Below are positions 48,591 through 61,700 of a stretch of DNA of 62,892 nucleotides, one piece after another. The notes under the pieces are model-generated. The model did no database searches and was not told the origin of the DNA. It saw only the letters and a list, made by a program, of their open reading frames with translations. Made by a program: the position numbers and the translations under genes. Source of the DNA: Caecitellus pseudoparvulus (lineage: Eukaryota; Protista; Bigyra: Bicosoecida). The first letter of the stretch is position 1. Each line of letters opens with the position of its first letter. Where the stretch lies: positions 1-62,892 of the forward strand of contig CBFFRQ010000147.1 in the NCBI GenBank assembly GCA_965644315.1, given 5' to 3'.

Positions 48591-50934
48591 TTGGGGGCGC
48601 GATCACGCCTAAGGGGGACATCAGGGAGGCACTGGGCTGCCACGCCTCCTTGTTCAGCTTGTGAGCAGCATCCTGACACTAGATTATCGCCAGCATGTGC
48701 AGCCATTGGCTCTGCTATGTTGCAGGTCATCATGGCGATGGCCTTGGCAGTGTTTGCTCTCAGCAAGCATGCCAAGTCTGTTGAGAAGCTCACCACCAGC
48801 CTGTTCTTGGGCGGACTGCGGATCATGCTGTGGTTCATCGGCATATCTACGCAGATCGCAATCCTCGCCCCTTCAGGTCCAGACTCTCTCCAAGCGTCAG
48901 CACACTCCCTGCACCAGTGGGCAAGCGCCTGCGAGCTGGCCAGGCCGTGGACAGGCCATCCGACCGCAAAACTCAACGGCACGCTGTATACTCGCGATGC
49001 TGGCACTGAATCAGCTGGCACAGGTGCCATGGCAGTGCTGTCTGCCATCACTGGCTCCAGCAATTTTGCCAGTCTGCCATCTGTGGCCTGTGCTGCAGGT
49101 GGTGGTGACCCATCCAGCCCAGACAACGCCGGCAACTTGTTCATGGTGGCGCTGGGCGCTTTCCTGCTCCTGGCATTGGCAACGACGCTGGGACTTGCAA
49201 AGCCTGCAACTGGGACAGCGCGTGGTGTGTGGTGCAGTGTGTTGCTGTTGCTCCCAGCGGCTGCATACGTCCGCCTGCTGCCTGCTCTGCTGCAGCTGCA
49301 CGCCGAGCTGGTGGGACTGCGACCTCAGCATGAAGCAATGGCCGATGCCAATGTGCCAGCTGGCACCGTGAAAGCCGCGGCTCCCTTCATCTTCCCCCTC
49401 GTGCTGCACATTCTGGCAGGCAGTGTGGGATTCGTCGCCTTCATGGCTTGGCGGCAGTGGCGAGGAGCGAGCACAGCTGCACTGCGAGGCGCCACGGTGC
49501 GTGGCTTCGTGTCAAGCAGCCACAACATCCAGATGACACCAGTACAAGCCCGGTATACTGTGGCTCACGCAGGTGGCGACAAGAGCAGTGCCATCGCAGA
49601 GGCCGCTGTCGCTGAGGCTGAGCTAGCTCAGTCGGCACGCTGTAGCTTCGCGTGGCTACACCACTTTGCGCCTGTGCATGGTGGGCGGTGTAGTACTGGG
49701 CAGCCTGCTTCTCGTGCGGTGGCGGCGGCCCTGGTGTCTGAAGGAGCTGACAGACCTGGACGTCATGGCACATGGCGGCATTCTGCTGCAAGTGATCCTG
49801 GTGGGCGTGAACAGCTTCCGCCCACCGGCAGGTGTGCGAGGACTCACGGATGCTCTGCTGTATATTTCACAAGGTGTCATTCTGCTGGCCATGCTGCTGG
49901 TGGTGGTGCGTGGGTACAGCTCAGCGGCACGGGCAGTGCTGGCTCGAGTCGGAGCCCGCATCCGGGCCCTGCTGCCTGAGCTGGGCAGTGCGGACAGTGC
50001 AGGGGACAGCACCGTGGGGCAGATCGTGGACAGTCGAGTGCCGACGCTCGTGGACATTGTATCAGCCTTGGCGCAGCGACTGACGAGGGGTCGTCGCATC
50101 CAGCCAGCCGCCCCCAGTACGGCCACCAGCCTGAGCACTGTGCTGTCGTTCCCTGGTGGCATGATGCAGCAAGGGATGACTGGTAGTCCACGTAGCGATG
50201 CCGATGCCGTGCTGCAGGCTTTGGGTCCAAGGGGAGCCGCCCTCGTCTCTGTGGCATTCTCTCCCAACGCAGTGCCAACGAGCGGCATCACAACAGACAC
50301 GCCAAGGGCGCTGTCAGGTACACGCCCAGCCCAGCCAACATCATTGTTGGACTTGCTGAAGTCATCATTGCTGTCCATCACCGAGGCAAGTGCAGGCAAC
50401 GCGACCAACCTACTACGTGCAGGCAAACTGAAGCCCACCTCTGCACGCAGTGATGAAGCAGCTGGCGCCGAGGTACAGGTCGCCTCGCAACCACAAGCAG
50501 GGCAAGCAAATCAGACGCTCAACCTTCCAGCCGGCCGTGAGAGTACACCAGGCCAGCTAGCAGCCCTGCCGATTCCTGCAGCGGGGCGCAGCTCCCAAGC
50601 TGGCCTTGCAGACCTCAGCCATTCAATGCCTGGTGCACCAGGTACATCTTCGACCCACCATGATGCCTGTCCGCGTGCAAGCTTTAGCGAAAGGGCAGAG
50701 CTTGGCAGGGGCGGCGGAGAGGTTGAGAACCCTCTGCAGCGCAAACGCCGTCTGAACATGGGGCACATGGAAGACATTGCAGACATGACGGAGCAGCAGC
50801 GCACCCGGCGAGGCTCCTTGGCGGCGAGGCGGTCCTATGACAGCCGAGGTCGGATTTCTCTCACAAGCTCCACCCGCCGGTGCACCTCATCCGCTCAACG
50901 AAGGAGCAGCGCCGCCAATCCCCGACATTCGTGA
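48591..50934 (+). pseudogene. Multi-pass membrane protein, split by a frameshift near 49670 (pseudogene, or an unrecognised intron)
   Basis: ORF 48591-49979 has about 5 hydrophobic segments and then turns non-protein-like after AWLHHF. The overlapping ORF 49666-50934 continues with 3 more hydrophobic segments (LLLVRWRRPW..., GILLQVILV, GVILLAMLLVVV) and a low-complexity tail. Confidence 0.5.
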
Positions 50935-52070
50935 GCAGCAGCCCAGACACTTCGATGAACAGAGAATGGATACATGCAATATAGTTTCAGTTCTCTCCGA
51001 CAAAAGAGTACAAATAGGATCCAGTGTACAGGAATACTCTGCAAGTCGCAGACCTGTGTGTTTGATCGTATTGCATTCTTTTGGTTGTCATGATCCGTCA
51101 TCAAAATTTTTCCACTGGATTTTCCTGGCAACCACGTCGTTGGCGGGTCAGGCTCTCTGGCAAGATTCGCCCCCAGGGCGTTTCAGAGGTCGGGAATGGC
51201 GGGGAATGGCATTATTTTGTGTTAACATTGTGTCAAACGCGTTTCGTGCCGGGGGCGCCGCGGCGGGCCGCGCAATGGGAAGGGGCTGGTATGGCGTGGT
51301 GGTGGAGGCAGCCTGGGGCACGCCCCCACCCCCCAACGAGGGTCGAAAATCTGGCCATTTTCGCATGAATCGCAGAGGGTACTAAGTTCGACGTGCACAT
51401 GCCGATGGTTGCATTGGCGCGCGCTGCTTCGCTCTAGATGGCGCGTGAGGCACGGTTAGTCAGATGTAATGCATTTCACTTCCACACTTGTTCATGTGCG
51501 GTTCAGCTGGAGCTTCACAATAGATGTTACAAACCGCGAGGCGGTCACTCACATCAGCATGGCTACCATTTGCATGGTTCTGCAACAAACACAGACTTTC
51601 GTCCGTTATATATGTCGCCATGTGCTAGGATACTTCAGTATCCGCTCCTTGGGGTGAGATCTTGCTGGTCCATGGTCGAAACTTGTTTTGTGAACATTCG
51701 CGCAACTCAAGAATGTAGATCACAGTATCCTGCCCAGCCAATTGGTAAGCTGCACGTAGAATTAAACTTCTGCATCTCCATATCAGTTCTGGTTGAACCA
51801 TAATCACAAGAAATGGCCTAGTTCGTGCCCTCTGGTCATTTCGTTGCCGAAGGAGAGCAGGTGCGTGCGCGGTAATTGCGGCAGCGTGGCACAATTTCCG
51901 CTTGTGTGCAGGTGGACGTGCCCACTAGCAGGGCAAGAGCCACAGCCTCCGACCATCAAGAACCAGTCCTAAGGCATGTAACAATCATCCTGATGCAGCC
52001 TTTGTGGTGTCTTGTCATGCAAACCTCATGTGGTCATTCACAGGCAGATGGTGACTGGTGCAGACCTAGT

Positions 52071-52333
52071 GGGGCCACGGTGGAGGCGCTGGGGCATGAT
52101 GAAAGACCCACAGCGGTACTGTACAGGCTGGGGCAGGTAGAAGGCATGGCAGAGGAGCCGCTTGAGCTGTTGGATGGGCCTTGGGACCGCTACGGCGCTA
52201 CTTGGCTCATGCGTGGAGGCCTCCTGGCCGGCCCGAGACCCACATGGGGGCCACGGTGGAGGCGCTGGGGCATGATGAAGGACCCACAGCGGTACTGTAC
52301 AGGCTGGGGCAGGTAGAAGGCATGGCAGAGGAG
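52071..52333. repeat. 87-bp direct repeat pair (52071-52157 and 52247-52333)
   Basis: GGGGCCACGGTGGAGGCGCTGGGGCATGATGAA(A/G)GACCCACAGCGG...GCAGAGGAG occurs twice with 1 mismatch, period 176 bp. Confidence 0.9.
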
Positions 52334-52705
52334 GTTAGGAAGTTCAATGCATTGTAGCCTCTTGTTTTCACCACACTCACCTCACACTTGCTCCTCGAAA
52401 GAAGCGGGCCACGGTTCTCGCTTGCGTCGCGCACATATCTTGCACGAAACATGGTGAGTCACCATGTGAAGTAAGCTTGTTCTTTTCAGAACATGGTACT
52501 TTAATGTTCTTCGTCGTCATTCAGGCGTTCGGCGCCTGTTGGGTGAGTTGGGCGCGGGTTTCGGCCTTGGCGTGTTGGGGGCGCCGCGGCGACCCCGCGC
52601 ACACCTCACCACCCCGCGACCCAGAACAACCCCGCCGCGCGTTACGACACTGGGAATTTCGGAATAACATCTTAGAATGCACTATCAACCCAAAGCAAGC
52701 TTTTA

Positions 52706-55700
52706 TCACTCACTTTCTTGCTCCTCTGCCGCGCCACCTCGCCCGGGAGCGAGGTGGCTTGGCATGGTCCAGGCAGCAGGCGTGGCGGCCGTGTAGCGGG
52801 CTCGCCGCGCGAGGTCCGCGGCGGGCTGCCCGCGTTCCACACCTGCGCCCCGGAGTTGAGCTTCTACCACGTGATCAAACACGGCCCCACAGTACCGGAT
52901 GCACGTTTTCAGGACTTTCGTCCATCCGGGAGGTGCGGCGACCACCTCGTGGGGCCAGTAGAAACTTTTGCCGTCAGCGGCACCCCCAGAATTCGGGAGC
53001 AACTTTTGCCGCAAGGGCCCAGCAAATGCCTCCAATGCTTCAGCGGCTTTCACTGGGTCTTGGTCCAGTAGATGGGTCGAGTTTCGGACTGGAACACGCA
53101 GCCGTTCCATGTGTGGCGCCGTGAGGGCAGCACAAGTTGCGTGATCCCAGTCCGCACACTCGGGTGCTCCCGTGGGCCACTGACCACACAGGGCGAGCCG
53201 CTTCAGCAACGCCCGGGTGTTCTGGCATGAGATACGTGTTCCAGTGTCCAGTTGACAGCCAGCCTGCACCGCTGTGTGCAGACTTTCTGGAATGGTGACG
53301 TATCTCAGAGGTGGGTGCCGAAGGGCCTCGGCCGTCGGCCGCCTCGGCACAGCGGTTGACTTTGCCGCTTCGTCACAGTCCAGCAAGTTCTGCGCAGCCT
53401 CTCGGAAGAATGCCAGACGTTCTAGAGACACTGAAGGGCAGTCCAGCAGAATGTGGTCTAAAATGAACTCCGCATCGCGTATTTCGGGGTCCAGACAGAG
53501 AGGACATGCGATATACGGCGTCAGGAGTGCACCCGGATGCAGGAGCTGCTGTGTCTGCAGCATGAACACCTTCGGCAACCAACTTCTGTCAGGATGACAG
53601 GCAGTCCAAGCGCTACAGGGAACACTTGGAATCGGATGCAGTTCCGCGTGTGTTCGCGCTCGGATGTCCAAATGGTGAGGCCTCGGCGAGAGCGTCGGAT
53701 TCACTCTTTTGTCGCCTATTTCTCCCCGAGGCGAGTGGCCCGGGTACTCAGCAGGTAGGAACATGGTCTCCCGATACATGTCTGTTCTTTGCGTTCGTGC
53801 AATGAACAAGTACGACTCCAGGAGGTCCAAACGCTGCCTCAACGTGAAAGTGGCAGGGAAGTCAACCAACTTGTCGAACCTCGCAGAGGCCACAGGAACA
53901 CTTGTTGCGACGAACAACTTCGGGCCGTTCTGGGCCGTGTTCTTGGGCAGCTTTAAGGCCTTTTGGAGAGATCGCATCTCTTCGTGTAGGGCCGTGGTGT
54001 CCCGATTTCCGCTCAAATCGTGCCACCTCGCGGCCATGGCCAGAACGCCGAACACACCTTCGTGGTACCCCAACAGGCGCAACTCCAAGAGGGGTCTGAC
54101 GGCCCACGGAGTGCCTGTGCCATAGAAGGTGTGTTTCGAGGCCGCTACGTCTTCCAAAAGGAGGGCCGAAGGGACCCTCTCGTCCGGGACGTCCGCGACC
54201 ATCGTTCGGCCCTGCCACACGCTCACCATCAGGATCTTGAAAGCAGGCGAATCCACCACAGCCTGCTTAAGTGTCCGGACTATGAAACCAATGCGACTTC
54301 GCATCGTGCGCATGTGTGTCAGAGGAATACCAGCCGCTGCAAGGACCGCGCCGTGTTGGACGCGCATCGGATGAAGCTGAAAACCGAACACGGATTTGTC
54401 CAGAACACTGCCAATGGCATTGTCACACATGCGGTTGGGCATGAGCGAGTGTTTGCCGGTGATTGCCAGTGTGTAGTCCGCTGCAGCGACCACTGAGGTC
54501 CTCAAAAGGCGGTGCGCTGCCGATGGGGCGAGCCATTCGGCCGCAGAAATCGCCACAGAAGAATGCCCAGCCATGCTCAAGGTGGTTGCGGCATGTCGAC
54601 GAGCTGTTTTATGTTGTATGAACAGCTTGGCTTGTAGCGGTGTTCCTAAGTACTCGTACTCGTCCGTGAGAGGGATCCGCTTTCCGTCGACGGTTAGCGC
54701 CTGTGACTCCGCAGCAAGGCGTTTCTTGGCGCTGACTATCTGCACATGGAGTCGGCTCATGCGATACGCAAGTCGTGGTGTTGGTCGCATGATCATGATG
54801 GCCGACTTGGAGGCGTTGACTCTGAGCCCCAGCAGCGCCCCGACCCGCCTGACGATGGTGATCGCACGGATCACGGCGTCCGCGCTGTCTACGACGAGTC
54901 CCAGGTCGTCTGCGTACAGCGCGTGGCTGAATCGGGGTCCAGTGTGGACTGGGTCCCCCTTTGAATGCAGTAGCTTGACCCCCAGTGTCGGTTTTTCCCC
55001 CGTTCCCTCCCCCGGAATGTGGTTCAAGGAGAGCGCACGGGACACCAGGTCGACCGCGATCTTGAATAGGAGGGGCGAGAGGACGCTTCCTTGCGCTACG
55101 CCACTGGTCGCGTGAATGGCCTCGGTCATGCCGTGTTCCGTGTCGATGCAGACGCTGGCGTTCTCGATGAAATCCACGAGGAGTCGCCTGGTGGTGCGGT
55201 CCAGCGGCAGGTGGTCTAGCAGCACGCGCAACGCCCTGTGATCAACGGAGTCGAAAGCCTTTCGAAAGTCGATAAACACGGCGAAAACGGCCAGTGGAGG
55301 GCTGTTCTTGGGTCTTATGTCCCGGGAACACGTCGCGGTCGCTGTTCTCAGTGCTGTTCGTGGTCCTTCGAGCATCGCAAAAACGTGCTCGTGGCACCCG
55401 CGGCCTCTGGAGAACCCTGCTTGCTGCGGAGTGATGAGGCCTTGGACGGCTTGTTCCAGCCTGAATGCAAGAACACTGTTCACCAGCTTGCTCAGCGGGC
55501 TCCGGCACACGATCAGCCGGTAGGTCGACGCGACCCCGGGGGTCTGACCCTTCTTTGCGAGCAGTACTCCCTTGCCGTGGTGCAGCTCCCGTGGCAGGAG
55601 ACCGTCTCCCTTCACTAGGTGCTGTAGCGTCTCTGCGAGGCATCTCAGAACATCCGGGCCTGCGTAGGCCCAGTGTTCGGCCTTGAGTTCCGACAGACCA

Positions 55701-58700
55701 CTGCTGCGGTGTTTCCGCAGTGACTTGGTCGCTCTGAGGACCGCCTCAAAGTTGAAGATTTTCGGCTCTCCAAGGGCTCCCGAGTCACTCCCTGCGGAAA
55801 TTGGAGGCAGCAGACCCTCAAAGTGGGCTGCACTGAGTCCGTCCAAGTCGGTACTGGGTGGCTGTGCTATCACAGATCTCATCTGAGAATGCAAGATTTT
55901 CACCACCTGGGCCGGCTCGGTCACCGCCTGGCCGGCCTGCAGCGCGAGGCCAGTTGGCGCCAGGCCTCCGGCTCTTCGGCCCAGCGCACGGCAGATGAGT
56001 TGATGCGCCGTGAAAGGGTGCTCCTTGGCGAGCATGTTGATATGCTTCCTTAGCCTGGAGGCGGTCTCCTTCTTAAAATCGGCCTTCGCGCGAGCCACCT
56101 CGTTGTGAGCCGCCCTGCAGCGCAGGGTCGATTCTCGGAGACTAACTTCTAAACTAGAGATCGCCAGGGCACGCCGCCTTGCAACCGAGTCACCTGAAGG
56201 GTGTTCTTCCAGATGGTGTGTTCGGAGTCGTCTCAACTTGCGCCGGAGTCTCCGGACCTCTGCAACTTTTTGGTTGCGTTTGCGGCGGGCCGGCCGCAGG
56301 CCATGGTCGGCCCTGGAACTCCTGCCCCTGGCGAAGACAGCGCATGCCGCTTTGTGCAGGACTCGGCCGATGTGACCCAAGGAGGGTGGTATGTGCGGTG
56401 TTCCGGCCCGTGGCCCCTGGGTGTTCTTGGCACTCTGGGCCAGCCTATCGCCAGCATGTCTGGCGTACTGGGTGACCCGGGTGGAGGTTTGGAACACACC
56501 GGGGTCTTCGAATGGGGCCACCGGCCTGCGAGTGTTCCGTGTTCGGCCTGGGGGGGCTGTGGCACCATGCAGCGTGACCGTACAATGCACCAAAGCGTGG
56601 TCCGAGAGGAGCAGGTCCTGTGGGGACCTGGCGTCGCCCGTGCTGAAGGTGGTCACCACTCTTCCGTGTTCCGCGCGTTCGTACACGGGCCTGGACAGGC
56701 ATATGTGGTCCAGGCACCGTCCGTACTTCATGTGGGTCGCGTTTCCTGACCCCGGACTCGGCAAGAGACCGTGCTGGTGGGTCCATCTGTCGAAGGATCC
56801 GACGTCGGATGCCGGCTTCTTCGGTGTTCCAGGACAGGACCACCCCATCCGCTCCCAGAACTGCATCCCCCCTGTTCCGGGATGGCAGTTGAAGTCGCCA
56901 AGGAACGCCAGCTGGTGGGTGGGGCCGTAGCGGCTCGCCAAGAGCTCGAGGCCAGCCCAGACTTCGGCCCGGTCTGGCAGGGCGCCCGTGTCCACCTGTT
57001 CCACGTCCATGTCCCGTGTTCCAGTTGAAGGTGGAACACCGGGACGGTGGTCCTCACCTTGTTCAGGCGGGCTAACTCTCGCGTGCTTCCGCGTGATGCT
57101 GTGCGGCCGCAGTACCGGCATGTACACGCCTACCACCAGCAGCGGAGGTGACACCGCGTCCACCTCCGCCACCACAAGGCAGCGCCCGTCCACCTGACTC
57201 TCCTGCTCCGGTAGGAACCTGGGTCGGAGCCGATCGTCCACGATCATGGCCACCTCGCTGCGACCGCCGTCCTGTTGGACTGGTGGGCGGTACGACCTCA
57301 TGCCGTGCTGGGCCAGTGACGGCATGCCCACCCCGCCCGGCTCCGTCACCACCAGGACCAGGGCGGCCGTATCCGGGGTCACTGACTCAACTGCGGACAG
57401 CACCAGCTCCGGGTACATGCTGTGGGACTTCCACGTGTTCCACGTCGCCAGCGACACCGAGATGGGTCTGGTGCGTACTGGGCCGCCCTCAGCCCAAGTT
57501 CCGCACGGCTGCCCCGCGGCGCCTTCAGGGCTGTTCCGCGGCACCTCCGTGGAACCGAGAACACCCGTTGCAGCACCAGGGGCAGCGTGACCTCCTACGA
57601 CGTCTACGAAATCCATGGCCTGGGATGCAGGTCGCATGGACCACACCACGCCCATGGCCGCCTGTATAGTCACATGCGGCCACGGGCCCAGCGTGTGCTG
57701 CCACATCTTCCGCCGCCATAGCGGAAAGGAGTCAACCACCGAGGGTAGTGACTCCCTACGCGACCGGGGGATGGCCTCCACGTACGTGCGGTGGGCGTGG
57801 AGGAAGAGCGGCGTTCCCGCGCGTTTCATCTCGTCCTCCTCGTTCCACGTGCGACGACATGGAGGGTGGCGCCGTAACAAGCCGTGAAGTGCGCAAGCTA
57901 AGCGTAACCGGGCATCCACCATGCCCTCCCTTCCGTGCGAGGCCGGGACACACGTGTAGACCGTGAACATGGCCTCGAGGCAGGGGGGCATGGGTGGCTC
58001 CCCGGTTTCGGGCAGAGGTCCGTGCACCTCCACCCAGCTGGCCCTGTCCGGGGTGTCCGGATCGATGATGGTGGTGCATTGGTTGACGTGGTCGAAGACC
58101 AGCGTGGCCACGTGGCCCTGGTCCGTTTTCGACTTCATCAACCCCACCGCGAACGCAGCCCGCTTCGAGTCATCAAGAGCGAGACTTTCGTTCGTAAGTT
58201 CGACGAGCAGGACCAGGGATGCGAGAAGCATCCGAGGTGGCCATGACTCGTCGGGGCCCACGTGTGCACTGGCCATGTGGACGGCTCTGGCCGCGGACAT
58301 CAGTGGTCCCAGTGTGTCCCCCGCCTCCGATGGGCTAAGTGACATAGCTGCGGAACTCATGCTCTCCACCGGACCTGGGCACGACGCGATGCGTAACGCG
58401 TTCTCCAGGATGGTCGCATGTCGGAAGTGCGTCGTCCACATGCTTCCGTTGGGGGTGTCTTGTAGAAGCGTTTGAAGAACCGCCTGGCCGCATGAGCTGC
58501 CCGTCGCGTTGACGAAGGTCCTCTCAAGCCCAAGGGCATGGAGGGGGTGGCCCTTGGGCGTGCGGCGGAAGTCAAGCGTCGGCGTCCGGGCGTGTTCCTG
58601 TGCCAGGACCCGGGGAAGGTCCCTGGAGCCTGTTGCTGCCGCACCAGCGTGGTCGCGGAGCCACGCCGCATGGTCTCGCGTGCGACCTGGATGCCGGATC

Positions 58701-61700
58701 TCAGGCAGCGTTTCGTCCGGCCCCGCCGCGGCATCCTCGCCCGCACCCGCGCATGCTGGAGCCAGCGAGTCCTGGGAGACTTCGAGGTCGATGATGGGCG
58801 ACTCAAGATCGCGAGTTGCGGCCAGAAAGGCGGTGGAGGCGCGTACTACTGCTGCGTGGGCAGCTTGCAGGTAGTCGTCGTCGCCTGTCGCAGCATCTTC
58901 GCGCCACTTCGTCGTGGGGGACAAAGTTCCGCAGGTCGGCACATCCGACACCTCAGCATCCGTAATGAGGGTTGTCACAGGCTCCCCTTCGCGATGGTCG
59001 ATCCTGGCGGTCGCTGACTCGCCACGTTGGCCCTGTTGGCCTCGCGGTGACAGTGAAGCATCACGCCGTTCTACCCCAAGTTCCGCAAGAGGGTGGTGAG
59101 TGGCAGCCTTGGCGGCGTCTGTTACATCTTCTTCTCCATGAGTACTTTTCGCAGGTGGGATGGGGCTGGTGGGCGCCCCGGCCGCCTCCGCCTCGACACC
59201 ACGAGTGTGTCGGCGGTCTCGGCCGGGGTGGGTGGTGATCACCTCAACTTCCGCAGGTGCCTGCCCGCCTGTCCCGCCACGCCTGCCCTCCGCGGGGAGA
59301 GCGGGGCTGGTGGGCGCCCCGGCCGCCTCCGCCTCGACACCACGAGTGTGTCGGCGGTTCCGGCCGGGGTGGGTGGTGGTCACCTCAACTTCCGCAGGTG
59401 CCTGCCCGCCTGTCCCGCCACGCCTGCCCTCCGCGGGGAGAGCGGGGCTGGTGGGCGCCCCGGCCGCCTCCGCCTCGACACCACGAGTGTGTCGGCGGTC
59501 TCGGCCGGGGTGGGTGGTGGTCACCTCAACTTCCGCAGGTGCCTGCCCGCCTGTCCCGCCACGCCTGCCCTCCGCGGGGAGAGCGGGGCTGGTGGGCGCC
59601 CCGGCCGCCTCCGCCTCGACACCACGAGTGTGTCGGCGGTTCCGGCCGGGGTGGGTGGTGGTCACCTCAACTTCCGCAGATGCCTGCCCGCCTGTCCCGC
59701 CACGCCTGCCCTCCGCGGGGAGAGCGGGGCTGGTGGGCGCCCCGGCCGCCTCCGCCTCGACACCACGAGTGTGTCGGCGGTCTCGGCCGGGGTGGGTGGT
59801 GGTCACCTCAACTTCCGCAGGTGCCTGCCCGCCTGTCCCGCCACGCCTGCCCTCCGCGGGGAGAGCGGGGCTGGTGGGCGCCCCGGCCGCCTCCGCCTCG
59901 ACACCACGGGGGTGTCGGCGGTTCCGGCCGGGGTGGGTGGTGATCACCTCAACTTCCGCAGGTACCTGCCCGCCTGTCCCGCCACGCCTGCCCTCCGCGG
60001 GGAGAGCGGGGCTGGTGGGCGCCCCGGCCGCCTCCGCCTCGACACCACGAGTGTGTCGGCGGTCTCGGCCGGGGTGGGTGGTGATCACCTCAACTTCCGC
60101 AGGTACCTGCCCGCCTGTCCCGCCACGCCTGCCCTCCGCGGGGAGAGCGGGGCTGGTGGGCGCCCCGGCCGCCTCCGCCTCGACACCACGAGTGTGTCGG
60201 CGGTTCCGGTCGGGGTGGGTGGTGATCACCTCAACTTCCGCAGGTGCCTGCCCGCCTGTCCCGCCACGCCTGCCCTCCGCGGGGAGAGCGGGGCTGGTGG
60301 GCGCCCCGGCCGCCTCCGCCTCGACACCACGAGTGTGTCGGCGGTTCCGGCCGGGGTGGGTGGTGATCACCTCAACTTCCGCAGGTACCTGCCCGCCTGT
60401 CCCGCCACGCCTGCCCTCCGCGGGGAGAGCGGGGCTGGTGGGCGCCCCGGCCGCCTCCGCCTCGACACCACGAGTGTGTCGGCGGTTCCGGTCGGGGTGG
60501 GTGGTGATCACCTCAACTTCCGCAGGTGCCTGCCCGCCTGTCCCGCCACGCCTGCCCTCCGCGGGGAGAGCGGGGCTGGTGGGCGCCCCGGCCGCCTCCG
60601 CCTCGACACCACGAGTGTGTCGGCGGTTCCGGCCGGGGTGGGTGGTGATCACCTCAACTTCCGCAGGTGCCTGCCCGCCTGTCCCGCCACGCCTGCCCTC
60701 CGCGGGGAGAGCGGGGCTGGTGGGCGCCCCGGCCGCCTCCGCCTCGACACCACGAGTGTGTCGGCGGTCTCGGCCGGGGTGGGTGGTGATCACCTCAACT
60801 TCCGCAGGTGCCTGCCCGCCTGTCCCGCCACGCCTGCCCTCCGCGGGGAGAGCGGGGCTGGTGGGCGCCCCGGCCGCCTCCGCCTCGACACCACGGGGGT
60901 GTCGGCGGTTCCGGCCGGGGTGGGTGGTGGTCACCTCAACTTCCGCAGGTGCCTGCCCGCCTGTCCCGCCACGCCTGCCCTCCGCGGGGAGAGCGGGGCT
61001 GGTGGGCGCCCCGGCCGCCTCCGCCTCGACACCACGGGGGTGTCGGCGGTTCCGGCCGGGGTGGGTGGTGATCACCTCAACTTCCGCAGGTGCCTGCCCG
61101 CCTGTCCCGCCACGCCTGCCCTCCGCGGGGAGAGCGGGGCTGGTGGGCGCCCCGGCCGCCTCCGCCTCGACACCACGAGTGTGTCGGCGGTCTCGGCCGG
61201 GGTGGGTGGTGGTCACCTCAACTTCCGCAGGTGCCTGCCCGCCTGTCCCGCCACGCCTGCCCTCCGCGGGGAGAGCGGGGCTGGTGGGCGCCCCGGCCGC
61301 CTCCGCCTCGACACCACGGGGGTGTCGGCGGTTCCGGCCGGGGTGGGTGGTGGTCACCTCAACTTCCGCAGGTGCCTGCCCGCCTGTCCCGCCACGCCTG
61401 CCCTCCGCGGGGAGAGCGGGGCTGGTGGGCGCCCCGGCCGCCTCCGCCTCGACACCACGAGTGTGTCGGCGGTTCCGGCCGGGGTGGGTGGTGATCACCT
61501 CAACTTCCGCAGGTGCCTGCCCGCCTGTCCCGCCACGCCTGCCCTCCGCGGGGAGAGCGGGGCTGGTGGGCGCCCCGGCCGCCTCCGCCTCGACACCACG
61601 GGGGTGTCGGCGGTCTCGGCCGGGGTGGGTGGTGATCACCTCAACTTCCGCAGGTGCCTGCCCGCCTGTCCCGCCACGCCTGCCCTCCGCGGGGAGAGCG

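Noticed and set aside
47812-48621. 269-aa minus-strand ORF (and the 229-aa plus-strand ORF opposite)
   Set aside because: No recognisable domain, and the coding strand cannot be decided in GC-rich DNA. It may be a gene relic.
51344-51388. Helitron-like 3' end (hairpin followed by CTAA)
   Set aside because: The hairpin is AT-rich, the spacing is long, CTRR is not followed by T, and no matching 5' TC end or Rep/helicase is seen.
52706-53450. Restriction-like endonuclease after the CCHC finger (Dualen-type dual endonuclease)
   Set aside because: No R-x-PD...(D/E)-x-K pattern is visible in the C-terminal region.
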